The notes beneath the pieces were generated by a model. That model searched no databases. It was not told where the DNA came from and saw nothing but the letters and a program-made list of their open reading frames with translations. DNA of 56,012 nt from a virus (taxonomy: Duplodnaviria > Caudoviricetes): positions 1 to 56,012 of IMG/VR virus record IMGVR_UViG_3300027805_000018; one strand, 5' to 3'. A program made the position numbers and the translations under genes. Of this stretch, positions 22,534 through 33,007 are shown in pieces (the stretch's first letter is position 1; each line of letters opens with the position of its first letter).

Positions 22534-23343
22534 TTATGAATTTGGGGTAGCGCTTTGAAAAAGATCTACGATACCCAGGCTCATTTCTGAGTTATACATT
22601 GATGTTGGAGTAGCTGCTTGCTCTATTAGGTCTTTTTCATAGGAAACCCATTGACGTATATCAGCCACAATTGATTCAATCTTATCAACTGCTGATACGT
22701 GTATTTTTTCAGTTGTTAATAAATATGTTACCGTTCTTTTAACTACGTCAGTTTGGTCCATATTTGTTTCGGTGTCCGAAACCCTTCTAGCATATACGAA
22801 TTCTGACGCTCCCAATCTTTTAAAAACTGGAGTGTACTCAAGCATGAAGTCTTCAAAAATTTCCATAATTCTATCGGCTACTTCTGCGCCCGCATATCTT
22901 AGTTGATCTCCGGATAACTGACCGGCATTGGCCTCAACCATAATGGTAAAAGAAACAACATTTTGAAAACGTTGACCTTCTATAAAATAATACTTCCCAT
23001 CATCACCCAATGCTTTATCCCTGTATCTCATTTTAGGCTCTTGGTTATGAGCCCTCTTTAGCTCAAGACCATAAGCGATGCACGGGTATGATGCAAACTT
23101 TCCACCAAATGTTGCTACGATTGGTATATCTGGATATGAGTTTTCCCAGAGCATTTTTACAACTTCAATGAATCCAAGATAGGTTAGGTTACCTTCGGCC
23201 TTTAACCTTCGTGAATCAGTGTCGTTGTAGTACTTAGGATCCTGTTCTCGAAGCCTATCTCTGCTCTCTGTATAACTTTCCCACTTGTTACCTGGCGCTA
23301 AGTCGCCATCAAATCTACCTGGAAATGGAAATGAAGACTGCAT
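22534..23343 (-). CDS. Tail terminator/completion-like protein
   Basis: Position between the neck and sheath genes; 269 aa; mainly a synteny inference. Confidence 0.45.
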   Translation of the reverse strand: MQSSFPFPGRFDGDLAPGNKWESYTESRDRLREQDPKYYNDTDSRRLKAEGNLTYLGFIEVVKMLWENSYPDIPIVATFGGKFASYPCIAYGLELKRAHNQEPKMRYRDKALGDDGKYYFIEGQRFQNVVSFTIMVEANAGQLSGDQLRYAGAEVADRIMEIFEDFMLEYTPVFKRLGASEFVYARRVSDTETNMDQTDVVKRTVTYLLTTEKIHVSAVDKIESIVADIRQWVSYEKDLIEQAATPTSMYNSEMSLGIVDLFQSATPNS

Positions 23344-23344
23344 A

Positions 23345-25429
23345 CTACGCTCCTGGTCCTGTTATTATAGAAAAATTAATATTTTTTAAACCAAGAGAAG
23401 ATATTAAGTTTATTTCAAAAATTAAAGTTCCTCTTTCGGTTTTAGATCCATATGATTGAAGTTTATAATCTTTAATTGCCCTAGTTGTAACTAGCATATC
23501 GAGCATTGATTTAACTTGTGAGATAACTTTTTCTTCTGCGTTCTTTCCTAATCCATCATTAGCTATAGCTTTTATTTCGGTTATAACCATAGCTACCAAT
23601 CTCATTTGTGGAGCTTTTGTAAAAGAACTATTTTTATTAGCCAATGTATAATCGTTCGATATATTTACTTCGTATGGATTACCCCTTAAGGCTTTACGCG
23701 TTCTATAAACGGTGTTAACACCAAGGTTATCTAATCTCGTTAAAGAGTCTGCTGACAAATTAGAACCATAAACAGAATATGCTCCTGGTATTCTTTTTCT
23801 AATCATTCCATTATAGACTGGAGTTGATGACATCATTCCTGCAAATGCTGCTGCTGCTGAGCTAGTGTAGGATTTACTAAAGCCTATATGATTAAATGTT
23901 AATTCTCCATAAACCGGAATGACATATCGACCTATATCACTTTCTATTTCTCCACTTATTGAATAAGTAGTAAATTTATTTACGAGTCTAGTATTCTGCT
24001 CCAAAAGCTGAATATCGCTGTCTTTTGTTCCATTGTTTTTAGAACCAATAATTCCTATTTGCACATATCCAGTAGTGTCGTTAAATGAATAGCAATGAAG
24101 AGCAAGTTGAGCTATGAAATCAACAGATCCAGTATTTATCATTGAAACTTCAAGTGGAACTATTATATCAATGAAATCAAGCCCCTTTGCTATATCATAA
24201 CTAACTGCTAATCTTTCATAATATTTTTCATAAAAGTTTAAATTAGAATTTGTTTCTGCTGAAAAGAATATCGGCATGTCTGTAAGCCTTTGGGAAATGT
24301 CATCAATATATTCTGACATTGGTGCTACGGCCATTATAAATATAGACTTTGAACCGCAACTAAATGCGTCGTGAATTCCCCTCAATAAAGGTGAGGAAGT
24401 ATTTGCTCCCAATAAATTAGTAGCTTCTTGAATAGAATTAATTCTTATAATTTGATTTAGTTCAACTCCATCACTATGACCCATTAGCAATACTGAGTTA
24501 GTATTATAGTATTCTTCTAGCGAATCAAAAATTGGTCTCTTTGAGATAGTCGCGCCAGTTGTTGGCCCTGTTAAATCTTTAGATACTCCATTCGTATTAA
24601 TAACAGAATATCTACCTGTTGTAAGTTGTTCTAAATTTGACAAGGAAACACTTGTAGTAATAGAAAATTTATTATTTGCTGGAACTGAAGAGATAAAATA
24701 ATTTCCATTAAAAGCTGCGCTTATTTCTGATATTGAAATTTGATCACCAGACAAAAGATTATGATCAATATCAGTCGATAGAGTTATTACTCCATTTTCT
24801 ATTTTTTTATATACTATATTTCCGACTCTACCAACTTGACTTCTAGAAACTTCAAAATGATGTTCAATTACTTGAGTTCTATCATTGTACGCACATTGAA
24901 TAGAAACTGTATATGTTCCACCAAAAAGTGTTTCTGGAATTTTGTAATAAAAATTATATTCAGAATTTGATGGTCTATCATAATAAGAATTTGTCTTAAG
25001 AGCTAATCTTGCATACTCTTTTGCCGAGTTGTAGCTCGATAAGCTTGGTAAACTAGTTGCTGCCGTTCTTGCTACTACTGATGTTGTACTAGGGACGGAC
25101 GTAACCGTGTACTCTGCATTATAGCCACCGCCAACTCCATAAACAATTACCGTATCACCGGCAGATAATTTATGATTTACTTCAAAAGTAAAAGTTGCAG
25201 AAACGTATCCATCTATTATCGAAACCGGTGGTGTTATTGACGAAATCTGATAACTAGTATTGATCAATGAAGTAGATGAATGGATTATGTCGCCAGTTCC
25301 ACCATTTCCTCTTGATACCGTTGCATATATATCTACAGGAGTAGCCTGATCTAGAGGATCGTAAAATTCACCGTTTACAAGGAAAGCAAACCTAAACTTT
25401 ACCAATTGACCATTGTGTACTCTTAGCAT
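23345..25429 (-). CDS. Second sheath-like protein with N-terminal beta-rich accessory domains
   Basis: C-terminal half is sheath-like (LDNLGVNTV...MRLVAMV...INLISSLGLKNINF). The N-terminus has two H-x-L-x-x-GD-x-[VI]...[YF]N-x-x-Y-x-[VI]-x-SVP repeats. Confidence 0.65.
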   Translation of the reverse strand: MLRVHNGQLVKFRFAFLVNGEFYDPLDQATPVDIYATVSRGNGGTGDIIHSSTSLINTSYQISSITPPVSIIDGYVSATFTFEVNHKLSAGDTVIVYGVGGGYNAEYTVTSVPSTTSVVARTAATSLPSLSSYNSAKEYARLALKTNSYYDRPSNSEYNFYYKIPETLFGGTYTVSIQCAYNDRTQVIEHHFEVSRSQVGRVGNIVYKKIENGVITLSTDIDHNLLSGDQISISEISAAFNGNYFISSVPANNKFSITTSVSLSNLEQLTTGRYSVINTNGVSKDLTGPTTGATISKRPIFDSLEEYYNTNSVLLMGHSDGVELNQIIRINSIQEATNLLGANTSSPLLRGIHDAFSCGSKSIFIMAVAPMSEYIDDISQRLTDMPIFFSAETNSNLNFYEKYYERLAVSYDIAKGLDFIDIIVPLEVSMINTGSVDFIAQLALHCYSFNDTTGYVQIGIIGSKNNGTKDSDIQLLEQNTRLVNKFTTYSISGEIESDIGRYVIPVYGELTFNHIGFSKSYTSSAAAAFAGMMSSTPVYNGMIRKRIPGAYSVYGSNLSADSLTRLDNLGVNTVYRTRKALRGNPYEVNISNDYTLANKNSSFTKAPQMRLVAMVITEIKAIANDGLGKNAEEKVISQVKSMLDMLVTTRAIKDYKLQSYGSKTERGTLIFEINLISSLGLKNINFSIITGPGA

Positions 25430-25802
25430 TTAATTTTTACTTTCCCTAGTTGCGCCTGCAACCCAGTAAACTATTTTTCCACCTCTGCCTCTTACTGGCG
25501 CAGAAAAGTCTATTAGAAAAATCTCTTGACCACTTGGATATTCTTCATATATTCTATCACCAGATTTAATATTTGCTGTATCTTGAAAATAGTATATCAC
25601 TTCAGAACTAACCGTTAAGCCTTGCGTATTTTCTTCTAAGATATTAGCAAATCCGCTGAGCACCAGGATATACAGCTCTTACTGTGTATCTCTGCATTTT
25701 CTGGCTGTAGGTCATAGTTTTTTGATCTAACAATCTTTGAACTAATATATTATGACCCCAACTGCGCAGTATGTTACTTAACGTGCGTTTTGGATCAATC
25801 AT
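25430..25802 (-). CDS. Head-closure/neck-like protein (123 aa) with a +1 shift at codon 50
   Basis: ATG 25802 overlaps the upstream stop. MIDPKRTLSNILRSWGHNILVQR...YPGAQ-(C)GGA-FANILEE...IKSGDRIYE...PVRGRGGKIVYW. Confidence 0.7.
25652..25655 (-). other. +1 recoding site 6 (CAG CGG A), codon 50
   Basis: 0-frame reads CGG ATT TGC TAA; the +1 frame is track ORF 25430..25663. Confidence 0.85.
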
Positions 25803-26685
25803 ACTTCCTTATTCCTCTTTCTGGAATTGGATTCTCATCTGGCGTCTGAATATGAGTTGGTCCATACAAATCTCTTGGAGTGTAATAAACTGACAATCCA
25901 GTATAAGGATCCATATTTCTTCCAGCTCCAATTGTTGGGAGAGTTGGCAATCCCTTTGGCTGAACTGCCTTCATTCCAACTTTTGATGTCAACATTTCTT
26001 TTCTAAGCATTGCTGCAATCTGGCACCAGGTGGTAGCATTTGCTCTGCTTAGAGTATTTCTAGGTAAGTTTTTATTGGTTATTGAAAGATCACCAAGTCT
26101 TACGGAAAGCTCATCATCTCCGCCATTTCCGTAAACTCTAGTTAATTCACAGCATGTTGCTGCTCTTATATATTCAAATGCTGTAAATGGAATATTTGTT
26201 CCATCTTCTGTCGCTAATAATTTAAATATATTTTTTATTTCTATAGAATAATTATGAACAAACTCACCTATTTCCAATAGAGAGGCGTCAGGAAAGTATG
26301 GAAGAAGCTGTTCTGGATCAAGGTATAAGGGTTCTATATCTGCTGCAAAAGCTATTATTTCATCTTCTCTTAGAAATACAGTTGGCCTATAATCTTCCGT
26401 CGGCGTACTTACATATATTTGCTGATTAACACTAATTGTAGTGTCGTTTTCTAGAATTCCAGTAAACGAAACCTTGTATGTGCCAGCTGCTGACGGCGTA
26501 TAATCGTAATAATATTCTGAACCGCTCAAAGCAGTGGGTGTAGCTGCAATTATAATTACATTGCCTGAGTCCGTTATGCTCATGGAAACCGATACAGGAG
26601 AAACTTCTACCTGATTACCGCTAATATCTACGTCAATAAATTTAACCTTTAGACGTACAGTATCATTGACTAGTATATTTGCCAT
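25795..26685 (-). CDS. Neck/head-tail adaptor-like protein with an N-terminal Ig-like domain
   Basis: N-terminal beta sandwich (YYYDYTPSAAGTYKVSF); SVRLGDLSIT adaptor-like motif; synteny. Confidence 0.5.
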   Translation of the reverse strand: MANILVNDTVRLKVKFIDVDISGNQVEVSPVSVSMSITDSGNVIIIAATPTALSGSEYYYDYTPSAAGTYKVSFTGILENDTTISVNQQIYVSTPTEDYRPTVFLREDEIIAFAADIEPLYLDPEQLLPYFPDASLLEIGEFVHNYSIEIKNIFKLLATEDGTNIPFTAFEYIRAATCCELTRVYGNGGDDELSVRLGDLSITNKNLPRNTLSRANATTWCQIAAMLRKEMLTSKVGMKAVQPKGLPTLPTIGAGRNMDPYTGLSVYYTPRDLYGPTHIQTPDENPIPERGIRKYD

Positions 26686-26744
26686 TTTTCCTTCTTTAAA
26701 GAGTAGATGCTTATATAGTAGTACTTTAAATTCTCTTGGTGAGC

Positions 26745-27041
26745 TTATTCACCCTGGTACTGAACGCTAACAAGCGTACCAGAATGTATGGTTATTTCCT
26801 TTGCCTGTATTAGCGCGGCCCCTTCTTTTCCAAGAGTTTCTATTGTAATTATTCCAGTTGGATCTAGATCTATGCTTATAACACCTATTGCGGTGGCTAC
26901 TGAATAATCTTCTTTTCCACCAAAGTTAACCTTAATATTATTTAATATAACAGGATTTGATATTCCCTCTATTATTAAGACAATAGTCCCGTCATACAAA
27001 ATGCCAGATTGATTATAGTCAATTGTGTCATTATAGAGCAT
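26745..27041 (-). CDS. Small hypothetical (probably virion) protein
   Basis: 98-aa ORF with AAGGA RBS and an upstream TTACTATA motif. Confidence 0.5.
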   Translation of the reverse strand: MLYNDTIDYNQSGILYDGTIVLIIEGISNPVILNNIKVNFGGKEDYSVATAIGVISIDLDPTGIITIETLGKEGAALIQAKEITIHSGTLVSVQYQGE

Positions 27042-27096
27042 GATAATCCTTTAAAAGATGTTAACCATATAGTAATGATATAAAGTTAAATTATTA

Positions 27097-27882
27097 TCAG
27101 AATTGTAGACCGGCGTCTTTTTTAAGGTTTGGCATCCAGATTCTCCAATCCCCATCTTTAGCGTGCTGAGGAGTTCCGTACAAGAATTGACCAAGATAAG
27201 CTATTCTTAGACCATTGGTTACTGGAAAAACTTCATGAGTCCCTATATAGTTAGTTGGATATATTACAGCCGAACCTGCTTTTGGTTTATGGGTATACTT
27301 TGCGTGTTTAAAGTTAATTTCTCCGCCAGTAAAATTAAAACCATTTAGCTCATCTTCTGCATCTGCGCAGTCGTTTAAGTATATGTTGATACTTACCTTG
27401 CTGTGCTTGGGGTATTCATTGCTAGTTGGCTTTCCAAATTCAAAAGGTATGGCATCATCACAATGTGGGCCTATCCCCTGACCTTTAGAATATGTAGCTA
27501 TATGACCCGCTCCCCTCCACCAGCATACGCTGGCTGCACTTGGATAGAGTTTGCAATATTCAACAAGAATTTTATACATAAGATCTTCTAAATCTTCTAT
27601 AAACTTTTCTTGCTCTTTTGTTGGTTTTCTTTCACTCATCTTAAGTAGTGGGTCAACAAAGCGACTTGGTGCCTTACTGACTTCTTCTGGATCAAACTTA
27701 AAACCAGTTTTATTAACTGCGTATTTTTTTCCATTCTCTTCAAAATAAGTAAATGTTTCCTCCTCTACTTCTTTTAAGTAGTTAATATAATCAAATAAAA
27801 ACTTTTGATCAAGATCAAAGGCATCTGTTGCTAGGCATAATCCGGAACCTTTATCCTCAAATTTAAAATCTTTTCTTATCAT
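27097..27882 (-). CDS. 2OG-Fe(II) oxygenase, prolyl-4-hydroxylase-like
   Basis: HCD...YLND...GGEINF...HEV...R motifs. Confidence 0.85.
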   Translation of the reverse strand: MIRKDFKFEDKGSGLCLATDAFDLDQKFLFDYINYLKEVEEETFTYFEENGKKYAVNKTGFKFDPEEVSKAPSRFVDPLLKMSERKPTKEQEKFIEDLEDLMYKILVEYCKLYPSAASVCWWRGAGHIATYSKGQGIGPHCDDAIPFEFGKPTSNEYPKHSKVSINIYLNDCADAEDELNGFNFTGGEINFKHAKYTHKPKAGSAVIYPTNYIGTHEVFPVTNGLRIAYLGQFLYGTPQHAKDGDWRIWMPNLKKDAGLQF

Positions 27883-27883
27883 A

Positions 27884-28765
27884 TTAATGGTTTGATCTCG
27901 TTATATTAAATTGTTCTGAAAATTTATCATATCCCTTTTTCATTAGGTATTCCCTATAATCAGATACGATGTTTGGCATATAGAGATTGGTTGCATTCTT
28001 TGCTATTTCTGGATCCTTAAGAGGATCAACAACTGACTCACCGACTTCTTTATTTGGAGTTCCGTGACTATACCAGCCAAGATAAGAATATCTTTCACCT
28101 TCTTCAACTGGTTTAACCTCATGTGCTGCCATGAAATTAGATGGAAACATCAATAGGTCTCCCCTCTTTGGCTTTACATCTATATCTAAATAATTAAAAT
28201 AATGATGACCACCAGTAAAATTATTTCCGTTTAATTCCTCTGCGCTGTCAACACATGATGTGATATAGAAAACGTTGCTTATGGTATTTCTAGTAGCTAA
28301 TTGATCCTTTGGTGTCCAAACGTCATATATATAATCTGCACTTACGTCTGAATGACTGCCTAAATAAACGTTTTGTTTATATTGGACTATATGACCTTTG
28401 ACTTTCCACCAAACACACTTGAAAGCTAATGGAAACAACTCAAAATACTTTAATAGGTATTTATCTTTTGATTCTTCTACAAAATCAAATATTTCTTTTA
28501 CCTTTTCGTCACTATATCTATGGATAGCTGATCCTCTGCCAGGCATCGCGTCTATACTATCTTTCCCAAAGAAGTAACCACTTTTGTTTAAGTAAATTTC
28601 TTCACCAGTTTCTGGATCTATAGCTGGCGTATACATTTCTGCTTTTTCTTTATTAATTGCACTTCTGCTAAATTCCGTAATATAGTCCCAATCTATATCT
28701 ATAGCTGATTCGAAAAGAACCACTCCGCCACCTAAATGTTTTGCATCTACGTCATTAAATTTCAT
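27884..28765 (-). CDS. 2OG-Fe(II) oxygenase, prolyl-4-hydroxylase-like
   Basis: HSD...GGHHYF...FPSNFMAAHEV...GERY. Confidence 0.85.
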   Translation of the reverse strand: MKFNDVDAKHLGGGVVLFESAIDIDWDYITEFSRSAINKEKAEMYTPAIDPETGEEIYLNKSGYFFGKDSIDAMPGRGSAIHRYSDEKVKEIFDFVEESKDKYLLKYFELFPLAFKCVWWKVKGHIVQYKQNVYLGSHSDVSADYIYDVWTPKDQLATRNTISNVFYITSCVDSAEELNGNNFTGGHHYFNYLDIDVKPKRGDLLMFPSNFMAAHEVKPVEEGERYSYLGWYSHGTPNKEVGESVVDPLKDPEIAKNATNLYMPNIVSDYREYLMKKGYDKFSEQFNITRSNH

Positions 28766-29675
28766 GGCTTGCCTCTTTCACTGTATTTGCACTATTATAC
28801 ACTCTGTTCGTAGCTCTTAGTAAATTGTCTACTTTTTCTTTTTCTAAATTGTAAAATTTGGTGTTAACAAAATTTATGTAGTCTTTAATTATATTTGGCA
28901 TCCAGATCTGCCCTTGAGAACCTACTGGGATTTCGCCATGTGTTATATTAATTCCTCTTTCTAGATGAGGAGAACCATGGGAAAAGTAACCAATGTATGC
29001 GTAACGATTTCCGTCATGACAATATGATATTTCATGTGAGCCTAAATAGTTTGATGGAAACATCAGCATGTCCCCAGTTTTTGGCTTATACTTTATATTT
29101 GCATATGGGAAATGTATTTCTCCACCAGTATATTCATATTCCCCAATATCATTTGCGTCTTCAACAGAGTCATTAAGATAGATGATTACGCCAACTACGC
29201 TTCTTGTTGCAACCTGAAGGTCTGGCTCAAAACCAGGTTGATAATTCACATCGTTATCACTATGCAACCCCATTGCACTTCCTGGCCCATAAGCTAATAT
29301 GTGACCTTGCGTTCTCCACCATAGACTAGTTACAATCATTGGGAAAAGAGTAGCGTAACTTAAAACACCTTCGTAAAAGCTTTTTTCGCACGTATCAAAA
29401 AAATCAATTATATCTAAACCAGTATTTTCGTCTACAAAGTTCATAATATGGCTTGAACTTTTATATATATCTTCTATGGCATACCTGTGGCCACTTCGAT
29501 TTATGGCGTAGATTGGATTACTTTTTTCATCGTAGATAATTTGGTAATCTTCTTTTACCGCTTTTTCTTTTAGGGATGCAATATAGGGAAGGATTAAATC
29601 TTGATTTACTTCAACTGCATTTTCAAAAAGAACAACGCCAGTTCCTAGATGCTTTGGTTCAGGCAGTGTATACAT
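28755..29675 (-). CDS. 2OG-Fe(II) oxygenase, prolyl-4-hydroxylase-like
   Basis: HSD...YLND...GGEIHF...HEI...GNRY. Confidence 0.85.
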   Translation of the reverse strand: MYTLPEPKHLGTGVVLFENAVEVNQDLILPYIASLKEKAVKEDYQIIYDEKSNPIYAINRSGHRYAIEDIYKSSSHIMNFVDENTGLDIIDFFDTCEKSFYEGVLSYATLFPMIVTSLWWRTQGHILAYGPGSAMGLHSDNDVNYQPGFEPDLQVATRSVVGVIIYLNDSVEDANDIGEYEYTGGEIHFPYANIKYKPKTGDMLMFPSNYLGSHEISYCHDGNRYAYIGYFSHGSPHLERGINITHGEIPVGSQGQIWMPNIIKDYINFVNTKFYNLEKEKVDNLLRATNRVYNSANTVKEASHEI

Positions 29676-29677
29676 GC

Positions 29678-30784
29678 TTAAATCGCAACTGGATCAGTAC
29701 CGCATGGGCCTTCTGGAAGATCGGTATCAGAATTAACGGTGGATTTAACTTCCTCTTTAACCTCTACTGCCTCATGGGTAGTGTTATATTGAGCAACGTT
29801 TCTGCCTTGATAAACTGGATTCCAACCAAGTTCTACTTTGTATTTTTCTGGATCTGAGTAAATCGAATACGGCGACTTGCAATATCTTTCGTAGTCATCA
29901 TAGATATTATTAAGCCACACTGCTGGACACCACTCAAAGCTTCTATCTGGTTCACTTATCACCACTCCAGCTGGAATATCATCGCCACCTTGTCCAAAGA
30001 ATGACAGATAAGAATATCTTACACCCTTGCCCATTCTTTCAACATCGTGAGATGCCACAAAATTTGTTGGAAAAAATATAATATCTCCTCTTTGTGGTTT
30101 ATAAGAAACCCCTAGATGGACAAAGCGAAGATGTCCACCAGTAAAATTTCTTCCATCTAATTCTTCCTCAGAATCAACGCAATCATTGAGATACAATAAT
30201 GATCCGCATGTCTGCCTTGATGCAACCATACCTCTTGGCATATACCTTACGCCACCAGTTACCTTATAGTTGGTATCATTGTCAGCATGGCAACCAAGAA
30301 TCCCACCATCTCCATACCTTAAAACATGACCCCTATTTTTCCACCAAATGCTACCAATCATCAATGGATAATTGTCGATATATTTAATTAAACATTTGTA
30401 GTTTTGTTCTTCTAAGTAAACAAAAAAGTTTTTGACTGCTTCTGGGGTCTCATCGGTAACTGGATGCAAAAGTCTTACCGGAGTTGCCGGAACATCTTCA
30501 AGCCTATATCTAAAACCGTCTTCATTAATCCCATATTCTACACCGTCTTCAGCGGTGATATAGGTCCATCTATTTTCATGCGCTTTTTGTGATCTAGAGT
30601 CTATATAATCTAATACTAATTTTTGATCTATATCAAAAGCGTTTCTAAAAACCACAATTCCTGGAGCCAATACTTCCATTTCTATTTCAGAAATCTCTTT
30701 AAGTTCTGCTTCACCAATAATTGGGGTAACTGGAAATGGAATACTATTTATAAACTTGTCTACTGATTGATTTTCCATGATCAC
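29678..30784 (-). CDS. 2OG-Fe(II) oxygenase, prolyl-4-hydroxylase-like
   Basis: HAD...YLND...GGHLRF...HDV...GVRY. Confidence 0.85.
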   Translation of the reverse strand: MIMENQSVDKFINSIPFPVTPIIGEAELKEISEIEMEVLAPGIVVFRNAFDIDQKLVLDYIDSRSQKAHENRWTYITAEDGVEYGINEDGFRYRLEDVPATPVRLLHPVTDETPEAVKNFFVYLEEQNYKCLIKYIDNYPLMIGSIWWKNRGHVLRYGDGGILGCHADNDTNYKVTGGVRYMPRGMVASRQTCGSLLYLNDCVDSEEELDGRNFTGGHLRFVHLGVSYKPQRGDIIFFPTNFVASHDVERMGKGVRYSYLSFFGQGGDDIPAGVVISEPDRSFEWCPAVWLNNIYDDYERYCKSPYSIYSDPEKYKVELGWNPVYQGRNVAQYNTTHEAVEVKEEVKSTVNSDTDLPEGPCGTDPVAI

Positions 30785-31398
30785 CCTAACATCTCATCAA
30801 TTGCTTCTCGGATAGTCCATCCTGCGCCCATGACTCTTGGTATCTCGTCTAATGGCATATCTTGCCAATTAAATCTAGCTACCATTATTCCGTCTCTACT
30901 AACCAAAAACTTCTCATACCCATGAGATATTCTAGCAATAGCTTGTCCTGCAAGGTTTTGATTTTCAATTGCCCTATCACTTTGATCTGCGCTAAAATCA
31001 GAATAGTTTCTTTTCTCGTTTCCCTTTAGGGCTGAAAATAAAGGATGTTCATTTTTTCCATTAACGTCTACTTTTTGAAAAAAGGGAAAAGTTACAAATG
31101 GATAGTGCTCTTTAATAAATTCTATTATTTCCTCATTTGTACCTGGCTCCATTTGAGCAAACTGATTATTTGGAAATGCTAAGACTGAAAAACCTCTATC
31201 TTTAAATTCATCATGAACCTGCTGAAGCTGCCACAGTTGACGACATGTTCTAGCATACGACCAAACTTTAGAGCACTTGGGTTCATAGCCCCCTGCTTTT
31301 GTTGACACGTTTACAATAAGAGTTAACTTACCGTTAAATGTAGATAAATAGTTTTTTTGACCATCTATCGATGTAGCTTCAATATTATAGATTGACAT
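30781..31398 (-). CDS. Glutathione peroxidase family protein (atypical active site)
   Basis: GKLTLIVNV, VLAFPNNQFAQMEPG, KVDVNG..HPLF and EKFLV..DG motifs; likely start MSIYNIE at 31398. Confidence 0.8.
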   Translation of the reverse strand: MSIYNIEATSIDGQKNYLSTFNGKLTLIVNVSTKAGGYEPKCSKVWSYARTCRQLWQLQQVHDEFKDRGFSVLAFPNNQFAQMEPGTNEEIIEFIKEHYPFVTFPFFQKVDVNGKNEHPLFSALKGNEKRNYSDFSADQSDRAIENQNLAGQAIARISHGYEKFLVSRDGIMVARFNWQDMPLDEIPRVMGAGWTIREAIDEMLG

Positions 31399-31702
31399 TT
31401 TTAATACCCCTAATAGCAACTTTCATATATTCATCTATCATAAGCGTTCCAGAAAACTCATTGTCCTCTATCGCTACATCAACACTTAACTTGGCTTTAA
31501 TCGGAGTGTCAACAGATGCAAAAAAGGTAAGTACGTTTTCATTTACGACTCCATTGTCAAAATCAAATGATCCTCTCTCTCCATCTATTGTTCCAGTAAT
31601 AAACGGATTGATCGCCTTAATCGAGGCTAGTGCTTTAGACTCGCCAAATGGTGTATCTACAATTACATCCCAATTTCCAATTATATTCAAATTCTCAGCC
31701 AT
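31385..31702 (-). CDS. Hypothetical beta-rich protein
   Basis: 105-aa ORF (IGNWDVIVDTPFG) with TATAAT 7 nt upstream of the ATG. Confidence 0.6.
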   Translation of the reverse strand: MAENLNIIGNWDVIVDTPFGESKALASIKAINPFITGTIDGERGSFDFDNGVVNENVLTFFASVDTPIKAKLSVDVAIEDNEFSGTLMIDEYMKVAIRGIKNVNL

Positions 31703-31725
31703 AGATATAATTATATCACAGATGA

Positions 31726-32325
31726 TTATCTAGCGTATGCCGACCAATCCTGAGTTTGCGTATGGGTAGGATGCTTTGGGGAAAAGTTTGCACTTACGAC
31801 AACTCTATCTTCATTCAAGTTATTGTGCCTATTTGTCATATGGGGTATAAAGGAATTGAAAATAATTAATAACCCCTCTTCTGTTGGTACAGAAACCAAA
31901 CTTTCCATTGTGTTACATGCGGTTATACTGAATTGAATATCGGCGCTTCCGTCTGGGGCATTTGCGTAATAGGCGATGGAATAGTATTCGTTTGGGTAAA
32001 GGTGTTTATTTGACTTATGGGAATGATAACCAACGGATTGGCCATACCCTAAGGTTAGGGTCCATATGTCATTTAATAGCATTTCTCTACCAGTAGCTAT
32101 ACTTACTTCATTTTGAAGTGCGGTAATAAGCTTTTCTGACTCTATTGCGCCAAAAGGATATGTCTGATCTTCAAAGTAAGAATGGTTTTTATCTTCGATA
32201 AAAGAAATGTCAACTTTTTTAGAATAAGTTTTTATTTCTTCGTATAGCTTATTGTTATCTATATAATTTAATTTTTTTTTATAAATACCAATGTTTAAAA
32301 GCGATTGGAATTCAAAATCACTCAT
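31726..32325 (-). CDS. 2OG-Fe(II) oxygenase-like protein (HxH type)
   Basis: HSH...YSIAYY...EGLLIIFNSFIPH...RVVVSANF; likely start MSDFEF overlapping the upstream stop. Confidence 0.75.
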   Translation of the reverse strand: MSDFEFQSLLNIGIYKKKLNYIDNNKLYEEIKTYSKKVDISFIEDKNHSYFEDQTYPFGAIESEKLITALQNEVSIATGREMLLNDIWTLTLGYGQSVGYHSHKSNKHLYPNEYYSIAYYANAPDGSADIQFSITACNTMESLVSVPTEEGLLIIFNSFIPHMTNRHNNLNEDRVVVSANFSPKHPTHTQTQDWSAYAR

Positions 32326-32995
32326 AATAAAACTCACCAGTTTCTAATGCCGAAGGCGGGCTATCCTTATGCCAAACGTTAACAATCATAACTCTTCTAA
32401 TTCCAGAAATTGGAGGAGTGGTATTATGGACCGTATGACCGGCATCGAAAATTATCAACCTATTCGGCTTGCAGGCTATTCTTTCGCGTTCTTCAATTGA
32501 AGAAATATTATTCTTAATATTTTCTGACTCTAAAGCGTTCTTAGTATTTTCTTTAATTGCATTAGGGTGTAACTCCAGGAATCCACCTACAACGTCATTT
32601 GTATGAGGATAATACACGCAACCTATTACTGGACCACGAAAAACTTTTTCTTTTGCGTAAAGGAATGTGTCTTCGTCAACATGCGTATCTAGATATTGAC
32701 CTGGATTAAATGTTCTAGTCCAATACTCAAAACCACAAACATCTTCTTTATCAATAGGAAGATTATCTTCCCAAATAGATTTGATTATTTTTTTAGCGAG
32801 TGTATTTGCTTCTGATTTCCACCAACCATCCCAAAACATATATGGAGCAAAACAGCTAGCTTGCTCATCGTGATATGAGTTTAGTTCGGTAGCAATTCTC
32901 AACTCTGAACCCATTGATTCAGGGAATAAATTTTTAGATAGCTCAATTTGCTTTAACAGCTCAGAATCTTTTATATACCCATCAACTACTATCAT
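32318..32995 (-). CDS. 2OG-Fe(II) oxygenase-like protein
   Basis: EYW...HVDEDT...GGFLEL...NRLIIFD..H...R. Confidence 0.75.
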   Translation of the reverse strand: MIVVDGYIKDSELLKQIELSKNLFPESMGSELRIATELNSYHDEQASCFAPYMFWDGWWKSEANTLAKKIIKSIWEDNLPIDKEDVCGFEYWTRTFNPGQYLDTHVDEDTFLYAKEKVFRGPVIGCVYYPHTNDVVGGFLELHPNAIKENTKNALESENIKNNISSIEERERIACKPNRLIIFDAGHTVHNTTPPISGIRRVMIVNVWHKDSPPSALETGEFYYE

Positions 32996-33007
32996 AATAG
33001 TATTATA

